Positions 54,846-63,726 of a stretch of DNA of 64,000 bases are shown here, piece by piece. Every line of letters starts with the position of its first letter. Within the stretch, counting starts at the first letter, position 1. The position numbers and the translations under genes were made by a program. The notes beneath the pieces are model-generated. The model was not told the origin of the DNA and did not search any database. It worked only from the letters and a program-made list of their open reading frames with translations. The DNA comes from Parcubacteria group bacterium 21-54-25 (GTDB lineage Bacteria > Patescibacteriota > Minisyncoccia > Phycocordibacterales > Phycocordibacteraceae), in assembly GCA_002255585.1 (NCBI GenBank), contig NCBJ01000006.1:94-64093 (forward strand). The letters run 5' to 3'.

Positions 54846-57228
54846 AAAAGACAATACCAAAAAGAAACGGCTTGTGCTTTTAGACGCACACGCGATCATC
54901 CACCGCGCATACCACGCACTGCCGGACTTCACGAGCCCAAACGGCGAGCCGACCGGTGCGCTTTATGGTGTCGCGTCGATGCTCATCAAAATCGTGCAAG
55001 AGCTTTCTCCAGACTACATCGCTGCATGCTACGACCTGCCCAAGCCCACTATTCGTCATGAAGCCTACGCGGGGTACAAGGCGACACGACAAAAATCCGA
55101 CGATGCGCTCGTTTCGCAAATTGAGCGTTCGCGCGCGGTGTTTGAAGCATTTGCTATTCCTATCTATGAGCGCGAGGGGTTTGAGGCGGATGACATCCTC
55201 GGCACCATCACACACAAACTCAAGGGGGATAAAGGAGTGGACATTGTCATTGCTTCTGGTGATATGGACACCCTGCAGCTAGTCGACGACAAACATGTGC
55301 AGGTGTATACGCTTAAGAAGGGGTTGAACGACACCATTCTCTACGACGAGAAAGCAGTGCTCGATCGTTTTGGTTTTCCGCCGGAGCTCATTCCGGACTA
55401 TAAGGGTCTGCGCGGGGATCCGTCCGACAACATCATTGGAATTCCCGGCATCGGCGAGAAGACCGCCACGGCGCTCATTACGAACTTCGGCACCATCGAG
55501 CAGATGTACAGGGCGCTCAAGAAGGACGAGCGCACGTTTGTGAGCGCTGGCATGAAGCTGCGCATCGTGAACTTACTCAAAGAGCACGAGGACGACGCGC
55601 TCTTCTCCAAGACACTCGCCACCATTCGCACCGACGCGCCTATCGCGTTTGCGCTGCCGAAGGGTGCGTGGCGCTCCCAAGTGCGGATTGACGTCGTGCT
55701 CGCATTGTTTGACGAGCTTGGGTTTCGGTCGCTGCGCGATCGCGCCAAAAGCGCGCTTGTGGGCGAGGGCGCGGCCACCGTGGCCGACGAAGAGCCAGAA
55801 ACCGAAGAAGACATTGCGCCCGAACACCTCGACCAAGCAAGAGTGATGCTGTGGCTGCTTGCTTCTGATTTCACCAACCCATCGCTCGACGACGTGCTCG
55901 CGTACACCAAGGCGCGAGCATTTGATGCAGCATACAAGGTGCTTGAGGAAAAAATCGCCGACACCGGTACTCTGAAAAAGCTTTATGAAAATATCGAAAG
56001 ACCGCTTATCGCTGTGGTACGGAAAATGGAAAAACGCGGCGTCTTGATCGATACGGATGTGCTTAAAAAGCTTTCGGTGCAATATCGTAGCGAGCTCGAG
56101 CAAGTCGAGAAGCGTGTTTACCAAGCCGCGGGACACGAATTTAATGTAAGCTCGCCAAAACAGCTGGGCACTATCTTATTTGATGAACTCGGTCTCAAAC
56201 CAAAAAATCAGAAGCGCACGTCTACTGGGCAGCGCTCCACACGCGAGAGCGAGCTCGAGAAACTACGTGACGAACATCCGATTATTGCAGACATTCTTGA
56301 GTATCGAGAGATACAAAAACTTCTTTCTACCTACATCGACAATCTTCCGCCGCTGCTGGATGCGAAGCATCGCTTGCACGCGCAGTTTCTGCAAACCGGT
56401 ACGACGACGGGGCGTATGGCATCACAGAATCCAAATCTGCAAAATATCCCGCTCCATTCTGAGCGCGGCCGCGCCATTCGGCGCGTGTTTGTTGCCTCCG
56501 AGGGCTACACGCTCGTTGGTTTTGATTATTCGCAAATTGAGCTTAGGCTCGCAGCGATACTTTCGGGCGACGAGAAATTACTCAACATCTTCCGTAGTGG
56601 TCGTGATGTGCACCGTGAGGTCGCGGCACATGTTTTTGGCGTGCCGCCTGACGACGTGGATAGAGAAATGCGTCGTCGCGCTAAAGTAATCAACTTCGGT
56701 ATTCTCTACGGCATGGGGGTCAATGCGCTGCGCGCACAGCTAGGTACCACCACCCCCGAGGCGCACGAATTTTATGACAACTACTTTGGTCAATTTACGC
56801 AGCTAGCAGAATATCTCGAGACAACAAAAGGATTCGCCCGCAAACACGGCTACACCGAGACGCTTTTTGGCCGCCGCCGCCAGTTTCCTGAAATGAAGTC
56901 TCCTCTGCCGTATGTACGCGCACAAGCGGAACGCATGGCGATTAACGCGCCAATACAAGGCACACAAGCTGACATCATTAAGCTTGCGATGGTGCGCATC
57001 GATGGAATGCTTACCGAAAAAAATGCGCAGGACAATGCACACCTGTTGCTCCAAGTGCACGACGAGCTGGTGTACGAAGTTCGTACACCAGACGTGCCGG
57101 AGCTCGCGCGCGCCATCAAGGAACTTATGGAAGGCATACTCTCACTAGACGAAACCAGGGGCGTACCGCTCCTTGCCGAAGGGAAGTTCGGCACAGACTG
57201 GGGTACTATGGAGTCATTGAATATCTAG
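54838..57228 (+). CDS. polA: DNA polymerase I (5'-3' exonuclease + family A polymerase; short, ~796 aa)
   Basis: The 5' nuclease motifs are LLDAHAIIHRAYHAL and GIPGIGEKTA. The pol motifs are A (DYSQIELR), B (RRRAKVINFGILYG) and C (VHDE). ATG 54838 overlaps the tsaE stop. Confidence 0.9.
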   Translation: MPKKDNTKKKRLVLLDAHAIIHRAYHALPDFTSPNGEPTGALYGVASMLIKIVQELSPDYIAACYDLPKPTIRHEAYAGYKATRQKSDDALVSQIERSRAVFEAFAIPIYEREGFEADDILGTITHKLKGDKGVDIVIASGDMDTLQLVDDKHVQVYTLKKGLNDTILYDEKAVLDRFGFPPELIPDYKGLRGDPSDNIIGIPGIGEKTATALITNFGTIEQMYRALKKDERTFVSAGMKLRIVNLLKEHEDDALFSKTLATIRTDAPIAFALPKGAWRSQVRIDVVLALFDELGFRSLRDRAKSALVGEGAATVADEEPETEEDIAPEHLDQARVMLWLLASDFTNPSLDDVLAYTKARAFDAAYKVLEEKIADTGTLKKLYENIERPLIAVVRKMEKRGVLIDTDVLKKLSVQYRSELEQVEKRVYQAAGHEFNVSSPKQLGTILFDELGLKPKNQKRTSTGQRSTRESELEKLRDEHPIIADILEYREIQKLLSTYIDNLPPLLDAKHRLHAQFLQTGTTTGRMASQNPNLQNIPLHSERGRAIRRVFVASEGYTLVGFDYSQIELRLAAILSGDEKLLNIFRSGRDVHREVAAHVFGVPPDDVDREMRRRAKVINFGILYGMGVNALRAQLGTTTPEAHEFYDNYFGQFTQLAEYLETTKGFARKHGYTETLFGRRRQFPEMKSPLPYVRAQAERMAINAPIQGTQADIIKLAMVRIDGMLTEKNAQDNAHLLLQVHDELVYEVRTPDVPELARAIKELMEGILSLDETRGVPLLAEGKFGTDWGTMESLNI

Positions 57229-57328
57229 CTATGACACATGCCGGCGTATCGAAAAAGTCCACGCTCCAGGCCGCTTGGCCGAGTCTTACGGACTTTTTGC
57301 GATATGCCGGCACGTGTCTACCGCGCTC

Positions 57329-58024
57329 ATGATTTACCTTTTCCACGGCTCTGATACCGACACCGCACGCAAAAAGGCGTTTGCGTGGGTCGCAGCGGCG
57401 CGCGCAAAGGAGCCGCAGCTCGTCTACGCACGGCTTGCGGCTAGCGATGTTTCTGACGCAGCCCTTACTGAGGCGGCAGGCGCGGGGGGCTTGTTTGTGA
57501 AGCGTCTGCTCGTGCTGATTGACGACCCGTACGCAAAAACGAAAGCTGCTGACGACGTGGAGGATACTGTCGATGACGCAAGCGCTACAGGAATCGATGC
57601 GCATATCGATGCCCTCGCCGCAAGCGACAATGCTATCGTGATACTTGCGCCAGGACTCACCATCGCTCGTGCAAAAAAAATCACAGCAAAAGCGACAAAA
57701 GAATATAAATTTGATCGCGTCGCCGCCGCGCCCGCGCGAGGTTTTAATAGCGCGCTTGTGAACGCACTTGCTTCGCGCGACGCGGGGAAGCTCTGGCTCG
57801 AAGTGGTGCGGGCAATTCGTGCGGGTGACGCTCCTGAGATGCTCCACGGGCTCTTGCATTGGAAGGCGCGCGATATCATGGAGAAGGGCGCGCGCGCCTG
57901 GCCATCCACTGAAGCCAGAGCGCTGTCACTCAAACTCATCATGCTTTTGGGTGATGCGCGCCGCACAGGGACAGACTTGGCTCTCGCACTCGAGCGCTTT
58001 GCGCTTTCGATACGAGGCGTATAG
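57329..58024 (+). CDS. holA: DNA polymerase III delta subunit-like (short form)
   Basis: The N-terminus MIYLFHGSD and the C-terminal pattern LVNALASRDAGKLWLEVVRAIRAGDAPEMLHGLLHWKARDI resemble HolA domain III. At ~231 aa it is shorter than canonical HolA. Confidence 0.45.
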   Translation: MIYLFHGSDTDTARKKAFAWVAAARAKEPQLVYARLAASDVSDAALTEAAGAGGLFVKRLLVLIDDPYAKTKAADDVEDTVDDASATGIDAHIDALAASDNAIVILAPGLTIARAKKITAKATKEYKFDRVAAAPARGFNSALVNALASRDAGKLWLEVVRAIRAGDAPEMLHGLLHWKARDIMEKGARAWPSTEARALSLKLIMLLGDARRTGTDLALALERFALSIRGV

Positions 58025-58056
58025 TCTAAATGTAGACCGTAACCGAGGACACGACC

Positions 58057-58378
58057 ATGAAAAAAGCGACCCTCGCCTCCATACTTAAAGACAGGCACAT
58101 TCTCCTTGGCGAGAAGCGCGGCGGATCAGAAATTGGTGACGGCACGCTGAACGGTCCGGCGGCAAACTCGACTCGGGCGAGACGCTTGAGCGGTGTCTTG
58201 TGCGCGAAACTAAGGAAGAGGTAGGCGTTACGCTCGATCCGGACGCGCTCGAGAAGATCGCCGTCGTGACGTTTTATGCTTCTGGCGAGCCCTCTAGCGC
58301 CCGCGTGTACTACAAAGAAAAAGCGAAAGGATTTCTTGATATTGATTTTTTACCTTTTACCCAGGAGCCAGCCACGTA
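58057..58378 (+). pseudogene. NUDIX hydrolase gene interrupted by a -1 frameshift
   Basis: Frame 1 gives MKKATLASILKDRHILLGEKRGGSEIGDGTLNGP... and stops at 58222. The +2 frame from ~58156 gives GGKLDSGETLERCLVRETKEEVGVTLDP..., a perfect Nudix box GX5EX7REUXEEXGU. A single missing G in the CCGG run restores LNGPGGKLDSGE. Confidence 0.55.
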
Positions 58379-58468
58379 GAGTGCGCTGGCTTTTAGTCTG
58401 CGTGAATTGTACTGGCAGTGGATGACGTACGTTTTCTCCACACAACGTTTCGTGGTATTGTTATCTCA

Positions 58469-58795
58469 ATGTTCGCTCCAGAAGAAGTTCCTAGCATATC
58501 AGTGCAAGAAGCACACCAGCGTTTTATTGGCGAGAAGTGTCTTCTTATAGACGTACGCACTCCGGAAGAATTTGCTGCCGGACACCCTGCGGGCGCACGA
58601 AACATTCCTCTTGCCGAGCTTCCAGCGCACGTGGATAAGCTCACCGAACACCATGAAATTTATCTCATCTGCCAGTCAGGGGGGAGAAGTGTAATTGCGA
58701 CAAATGCTTTGCACGAACGCGGACTCACGCAAGCGATAAACGTTACCGGAGGTTTTCTCGATTGGCAGGGGAAGGGACTTCCCACAGAACAGTAA
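58469..58795 (+). CDS. Rhodanese-like single-domain sulfurtransferase
   Basis: It has the active-site loop CQSGGRS. The flanking LIDVRTPEEFAAGH is typical of rhodanese. Confidence 0.75.
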   Translation: MFAPEEVPSISVQEAHQRFIGEKCLLIDVRTPEEFAAGHPAGARNIPLAELPAHVDKLTEHHEIYLICQSGGRSVIATNALHERGLTQAINVTGGFLDWQGKGLPTEQ

Positions 58796-58867
58796 ACGCG
58801 CAGGCACTTTACGCCCCCTCGTTTCTGTTCGTGAGGGCCTATCGGCCCTCTTTCCTCTCGGCTTGTC

Positions 58868-59518
58868 TCAATCCGAGAGTGATTTTTTGTGTGCTTGCGA
58901 GATGGTGGGGATAAATTGGCGAAACGCGAAAAGTGTAATGAGAGCGTCGACTCCAAGTGAGTAGAGTGGAACGAGTAGGTTATATATTGTCAGCTCTGTC
59001 GTCGCAATAATTTCGAGTACGACAGTCGTTACGTATATAATCCAAAGCAGCCAAGGTTCAGAAAAAGGGTCTAGATACGTTTTATAAAGCGTGGGAATAC
59101 TTATCGCGATGTCAGCGATAATGCTTAATACAAGTGCAGTAAGCGGTTCTTTGGTAATCGCCCAAAGGATGATCGCCAAAATTGCTACAGCAATACAAAA
59201 ACGATCGACCGGAGTCCATAACGCTTTCCCCGCACGAAGCGCGATGACGGCAACAGTACTTGCGCTGAATGCCCCAATGACCGGTATAGTGAGTGACCAG
59301 TCAAGACCTTTGGAGGCTTGTGCCGCCGCTGCAATGGCGTATAAAAGCGCCCAGCCAAACCACGACACCGGATTCGGTCTCGTGTCTTCTCGTAAGACAC
59401 CCCTCACATAAGGGACAACAAGGGCAGTCATGATAATGGCTGCCCCGGTACCCACGATGGTGTGCCAATCGTACATCGCTAGAAAGTATAGCGCGCCCAT
59501 CGCCCAGTATAGACTCAT
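58868..59518 (-). CDS. Hypothetical integral membrane protein (~7 TM)
   Basis: 216 aa and highly hydrophobic. No family is recognised. Confidence 0.5.
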   Translation of the reverse strand: MSLYWAMGALYFLAMYDWHTIVGTGAAIIMTALVVPYVRGVLREDTRPNPVSWFGWALLYAIAAAAQASKGLDWSLTIPVIGAFSASTVAVIALRAGKALWTPVDRFCIAVAILAIILWAITKEPLTALVLSIIADIAISIPTLYKTYLDPFSEPWLLWIIYVTTVVLEIIATTELTIYNLLVPLYSLGVDALITLFAFRQFIPTISQAHKKSLSD

Positions 59519-59585
59519 CCATACAAAGGCTCGAACCTAGGACGGCTCGAAAATAGAACCGTTTTCTGCTATGCTTGCAATATAT

Positions 59586-59658
59586 CCGCCTGTAGCTCAA
59601 TTGGCAGAGCAGCTCCCTTTTAAGGAGAAGGTTGGGGGATCGTGGCCCTCCAGGCGGA
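59586..59658 (+). tRNA. tRNA-Lys (anticodon UUU), 73 nt, no encoded CCA
   Basis: CCGCCTG-TA-GCTC-AATTGGCA-GAGC-A-GCTCC-CTTTTAA-GGAGA-AGGTT-GGGGG-ATCGTGG-CCCTC-CAGGCGG-A. The D-arm is canonical. The T-loop is atypical (ATCG). Confidence 0.75.
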
Positions 59659-59659
59659 C

Positions 59660-60487
59660 ATGAACACATTCAAGGAGCAGTGTCGCACGCTTCGCACGCA
59701 AGGGCACACGCTTCCTGAAATCGTCCGTCTGATCGGACGACCAAAGACCAGTGTTTACTTCCATATAAAAGACATAAGCCTTCCCGCAAAAAAGATTGCG
59801 GAAATCCACAAGGCGTGTGGTGAGCGCATACGACCGTACGCGCTCGCACGCAAAGGCAAGAGCAGTAGGTTGTTTAAACGTGTCGACACCATAACACCCG
59901 AGATGGCACTCCTGCTGGGCCACTTGCTATTTGATGGTGAGATACGTCGAGGTGCGTGCGCATATAGTAATAGAAGTTTGATACTTATAGAGCGAGTCGT
60001 GAAGCTTATGCGCATGCTATACGCATACTCACCGCGCACCCACCTGAATGATGCAACCGGCGTAATGCGGGTCACTTACAATAACGTCGAGCTCGCGGCA
60101 CACCTGCACACGCAGGCAATGTGTCTGCTCGAAACCATCCCATCAGCACCGCAGGCAGTTAAGCGCGAGTTTCTGCGAGCATTCTTTGATGACGAGGGCT
60201 GTATGGACGTGGCTCTTCCAAAACACCGCCGGGTTCGCGGGTATCAAAAGGACGTGCGCGTTCTGGAAATCATCCAGCGGCTACTCGCCGAGTTTGGTAT
60301 TGAGTCGCGCATCGTGCTGCCGAATGAAGTCGTGATACGCGGAAAGGGAAACTTTGAGCGGTTTGAGCGAGAGATAAACTTCTCGCAGGGCGTATGCGTT
60401 AATGGCAAGCGGAGCAATAGTCGATGGAAAGAGTCGCTTGAAAAACGAGTACTGCTCCGGCGGGCAATCGACTCATTCAAAAGCTAA
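59660..60487 (+). CDS. LAGLIDADG-family homing endonuclease (double-motif), free-standing
   Basis: Two LAGLIDADG motifs are present: LLGHLLFDGEI and LRAFFDDEGCM. The ATG lies 2 nt after the tRNA-Lys discriminator base. Confidence 0.7.
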   Translation: MNTFKEQCRTLRTQGHTLPEIVRLIGRPKTSVYFHIKDISLPAKKIAEIHKACGERIRPYALARKGKSSRLFKRVDTITPEMALLLGHLLFDGEIRRGACAYSNRSLILIERVVKLMRMLYAYSPRTHLNDATGVMRVTYNNVELAAHLHTQAMCLLETIPSAPQAVKREFLRAFFDDEGCMDVALPKHRRVRGYQKDVRVLEIIQRLLAEFGIESRIVLPNEVVIRGKGNFERFEREINFSQGVCVNGKRSNSRWKESLEKRVLLRRAIDSFKS

Positions 60488-61473
60488 TACGGGAACAGAT
60501 CGACCGTCTTGCCGTTTGCGTCGAGCAGCCTAACGACCTCGTGTTGACTTCGCCACATGCTCACGTTACGGCCGAGATACACGCGCCAAGTGTTCCCCAT
60601 AAAATTCGTGTCCTGTTGGTGCGCGTCAACACAGCCATTGTAGTTAAGATAGTTCGTAAGGAAGGTTGTACAGGCACTCGTCATGTTTACCGGCGGCGTT
60701 GCAACCAGTGTGCAGCGGTTCAGACTCTGTGCGTAGGTAATGCATGCATCGTCACGAATATAATTAGGACCATAAAATTGTTTTAGCTCATCGTAGGGGG
60801 TGGGGCAGATAAGTGGCAGTGGGGGGTAGAACGATTGGTACTGAGCAAAATACCCAATACATTTATTTTCACGAAACGACGCACCGATGGGAGACCTCCC
60901 GGAGGAAATAATAGCCATATCTCCCGGCGAGAGTTCTATGGGTTGAACGGCGTTGATGAGGCCTGAACGCGGCACCTCCGTACCAAAAGGAATCGTTGCG
61001 CCGGCACCGGTCGCGTCGCTTTGCAGACGCCAACCAGAAATATCGACTGGTCCTGGCGCGTTGGCAGCAACACGTATCGTGACATACTCTTTTGCTGGAT
61101 CGGCGGCACCAGCATCTGAGACATAATGGTTCATAAACACTGTGCCGCGATATGGTGAGGGAGTGCCAAACGCCACCGTCTGCGCCACTTTCTGCGAAAG
61201 AGTGTCCACTTGATTGCCTACTTGTGTTACCTGTTGAGAAATTTGATTGAGGTTTTGCCCGGTAGTGCCGCGCGTTCCCTGCGGAACCGTATAGGAAACT
61301 CCCGGTGCTGTCGGAAAAAATCCAGTGCCGCCCGAGTACGACACCCCTTTTGAAGAAATGTTTGTTGTTAATACTGGCCCAGCAAAAGAAAGGGGTCGTG
61401 TGGGGCCACCGGTAGCAAACCAGACAACAAACACAAACGCGAAGAGGCCGAGAAAGAAGTACGCATCATTCAT
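60484..61473 (-). CDS. Secreted protein with a lamin-tail-domain (LTD)-like segment
   Basis: It has an N-terminal TM or signal segment. The pattern EYVTIRVAANAPGPVDISGWRLQSD...IELSPGDMAIISSG resembles an LTD. The C-terminus is Cys-containing. Confidence 0.45.
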   Translation of the reverse strand: MNDAYFFLGLFAFVFVVWFATGGPTRPLSFAGPVLTTNISSKGVSYSGGTGFFPTAPGVSYTVPQGTRGTTGQNLNQISQQVTQVGNQVDTLSQKVAQTVAFGTPSPYRGTVFMNHYVSDAGAADPAKEYVTIRVAANAPGPVDISGWRLQSDATGAGATIPFGTEVPRSGLINAVQPIELSPGDMAIISSGRSPIGASFRENKCIGYFAQYQSFYPPLPLICPTPYDELKQFYGPNYIRDDACITYAQSLNRCTLVATPPVNMTSACTTFLTNYLNYNGCVDAHQQDTNFMGNTWRVYLGRNVSMWRSQHEVVRLLDANGKTVDLFPY

Positions 61474-62777
61474 AGAGGCATTCTATCAGGTGTCCTTCGA
61501 TTTTTCTCTTGCCGCAAGCGTGTCAATTCTTCGCGCGTTACCGCCGCATCACTCCACGGCGTTTTTGTACCGTGCGGTCCCATGATGAACGGGTCGGTTC
61601 CCTTGCCGGAAACAAGCACCATGTCGTCTTCTTGTGCGAGCGCGAGCGCGACACGAATCGCCTCACGCCGATCCATGATGATCTGTGGCGGTCGCGTCAT
61701 GCCGCGCGCCATCGCGTCAACAATAGCGCGCGGATCTTCGTCGTACGGGTCTTCATTGGTGAGAATGACCTCACCGCATGCTTCGTCGGCAACGCGACCC
61801 ATGGCTGGCCGTTTCCACACATCGCGTCCACCGCCGGTATTACCCAGAACACAAATTTTTCGTCGATTTGGGAATGCGCTATAGAGGGCAGAAAGCGAAT
61901 CCGGTGTGTGTGCATAGTCGACCACCACCAAAAAATCTTGACCCTCCTCTATGCGCTCAACACGGCCAGGGATATGGGAAAGTGTGCTGAGTGCTTGCGC
62001 CGCGGTTGTCACTGGCACGCCAAACGCCGCACAAAGTTTTATTGCAGCAAGCGCGTTGAGCGCATTAAATACACCTGGCAACGGAAGGGCGATTGGTACC
62101 TGCGCATATTCAAAAGATACGTGCGCATCATCTGCAACAAGCTTCGTAAGCTCCTGCGCATCAAAACCAATTGCGCGCGGTACGCGCGCCTTCAGAAACG
62201 CGTTTGTCTCGGGAGTGTCGCGGCTGGCTACCAGTACGCGTGTCGGTTTTGTGGAGCATTCAAGCGCTCGTACAATTGAGCGCTTTGCCGCAACATACTT
62301 TTCAAATGAACCGTGTCGCTCGATATGCTCGCGCTGGATATTGGTTACGACCAACCCATCGAGTGCGAGAAACTGGTGGCGGTATTGCAGCACCGCTTCG
62401 GACGTTATCTCAACTACCACGTGTGTGCAGCCAGCAGCAAGCGCTCGATGCATGAACGCCTGCATGAAACCGCGACCTGGCGTCGTCATTTTAAAACGGT
62501 TTGGCTCGCTTTCCTCACCAATCGCAAACCGTATTGTTGAAGCAAGCGCCACCTTTTTTCCAGAGGCGGTAAGAATTGCAAAAAGCATTTCAGCGACGGT
62601 TGATTTTCCTTTCGTGCCGGTTACCCCCATCACTATCAGGCGGCGGGCAGGAAAGCCATAGGAAAGTGCCGATAAAAAAGCGAGCGCGCGATGGTAGAGT
62701 GGCAGGAGCGGGCGCACCACCGGTTCAGGTAGTATTTTTTTTAATACACGCACAATTAGGGGGGCACCTTCGTACAT
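61470..62777 (-). CDS. murE: Mur ligase, probably UDP-MurNAc-L-Ala-D-Glu:2,6-diaminopimelate/L-Lys ligase
   Basis: The Mur ligase P-loop is VTGTKGKSTV. The central and C-terminal domains are present. Assignment as MurE rather than MurF rests on overall pattern and is not certain. Confidence 0.65.
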   Translation of the reverse strand: MYEGAPLIVRVLKKILPEPVVRPLLPLYHRALAFLSALSYGFPARRLIVMGVTGTKGKSTVAEMLFAILTASGKKVALASTIRFAIGEESEPNRFKMTTPGRGFMQAFMHRALAAGCTHVVVEITSEAVLQYRHQFLALDGLVVTNIQREHIERHGSFEKYVAAKRSIVRALECSTKPTRVLVASRDTPETNAFLKARVPRAIGFDAQELTKLVADDAHVSFEYAQVPIALPLPGVFNALNALAAIKLCAAFGVPVTTAAQALSTLSHIPGRVERIEEGQDFLVVVDYAHTPDSLSALYSAFPNRRKICVLGNTGGGRDVWKRPAMGRVADEACGEVILTNEDPYDEDPRAIVDAMARGMTRPPQIIMDRREAIRVALALAQEDDMVLVSGKGTDPFIMGPHGTKTPWSDAAVTREELTRLRQEKNRRTPDRMPL

Positions 62778-62786
62778 AAACAGTAT

Positions 62787-63341
62787 CTAACGCAGCGTCG
62801 CAGACAACGCTGCTTTGAGTCGCGCCTCACGCCCCACCACCTCCTCAGGGACGGCGCCGAGCGCTTGTCGTGCCTCACGATCGGTGTACCCGAGTGCCAC
62901 CAGCATATCGAACACGTCAGCGTCATCGCCCTCTCGCACCCCTTCTTGCGGAGTAATCTTTTCAGCGAGCTCGACCACAAGCTTCTCTGCCGATTTTTTC
63001 CCGAGCCCCACCACACGGGTGAGGTAAGCGAGGTCACGCGCGGCAATCGCGCGCTCGAGTTGTTCGCGTGAGGCGCGCCGCAGGAGCGAGAGCGCCGTCT
63101 TGGGACCGAGCCCCGGCACGACGAGGAGTTGTTCGAAAAAAGCACGGTCTGCTGAATCGAGAAAGCCGTAGAGCTCAGGGCCGTCCTGTCGCAGCACCAA
63201 GTGGGTAGAGAGAGTAACTTCGCTGCCTATTGGGAGCGGCTCAACGGCGGCCAAGTGAACGAACACTCCCCAACCAGCCACGTCAACCACCACCCCTCCT
63301 GGCTCAAGCGATCGCACGGTTCCACGAATACTTCGAATCAT
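62787..63341 (-). CDS. ruvA: Holliday junction DNA helicase RuvA
   Basis: The N-terminus MIRSIRGTV and the HhH motifs LLVVPGLGPKTA and RVVGLGKKSAEKL are present. The start is at ATG 63341; the ORF track extends to 63437. Confidence 0.85.
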   Translation of the reverse strand: MIRSIRGTVRSLEPGGVVVDVAGWGVFVHLAAVEPLPIGSEVTLSTHLVLRQDGPELYGFLDSADRAFFEQLLVVPGLGPKTALSLLRRASREQLERAIAARDLAYLTRVVGLGKKSAEKLVVELAEKITPQEGVREGDDADVFDMLVALGYTDREARQALGAVPEEVVGREARLKAALSATLR

Positions 63342-63406
63342 ATAAAGCCATCCTAGCACCTCCAAGCGATTTGCGTTTTCATCATTTGTCGCGTAGTATG
63401 CGCCGC

Positions 63407-63679
63407 ATGGCAATAACCACATCGGCCAAGAAAGCACATCGCGCCTCTATCAACAAGCGTGTGTTCAACTTGCGCCGCAAGAAAGCGCTCACCGATACGG
63501 CCAAGTCGTTCAAGAAGGCGCTCGGCGCTGGCGGTGTAGCAGAGGCCGAGAAACTCCTTCCGGCTGCGTATCAAGCAATAGATAAGGCGACCAAGCGCGG
63601 CGTTATAAAAGCGAATACGGCTGCACGCAAAAAGTCGCGCCTCGTCGCGGCGATTCGTCGCGCCGAAGCCAAGGCGTAA
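63407..63679 (+). CDS. rpsT: 30S ribosomal protein S20
   Basis: MAITTSAKKAHRASINKRVFNLRRK matches the S20 N-terminus. The real gene is ~90 aa; the ORF track extends upstream to 63230. Confidence 0.85.
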   Translation: MAITTSAKKAHRASINKRVFNLRRKKALTDTAKSFKKALGAGGVAEAEKLLPAAYQAIDKATKRGVIKANTAARKKSRLVAAIRRAEAKA

Positions 63680-63692
63680 ATATGATAAAAAA

Positions 63693-63726
63693 CAAGGCCC
63701 GGAGGACTTCCCGGCCTTGTTTTTTA
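63693..63726 (+). terminator. Rho-independent terminator after rpsT
   Basis: CAAGGCCCGG-AGGACTT-CCGGCCTTG is followed by TTTTTTAT. Confidence 0.7.
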
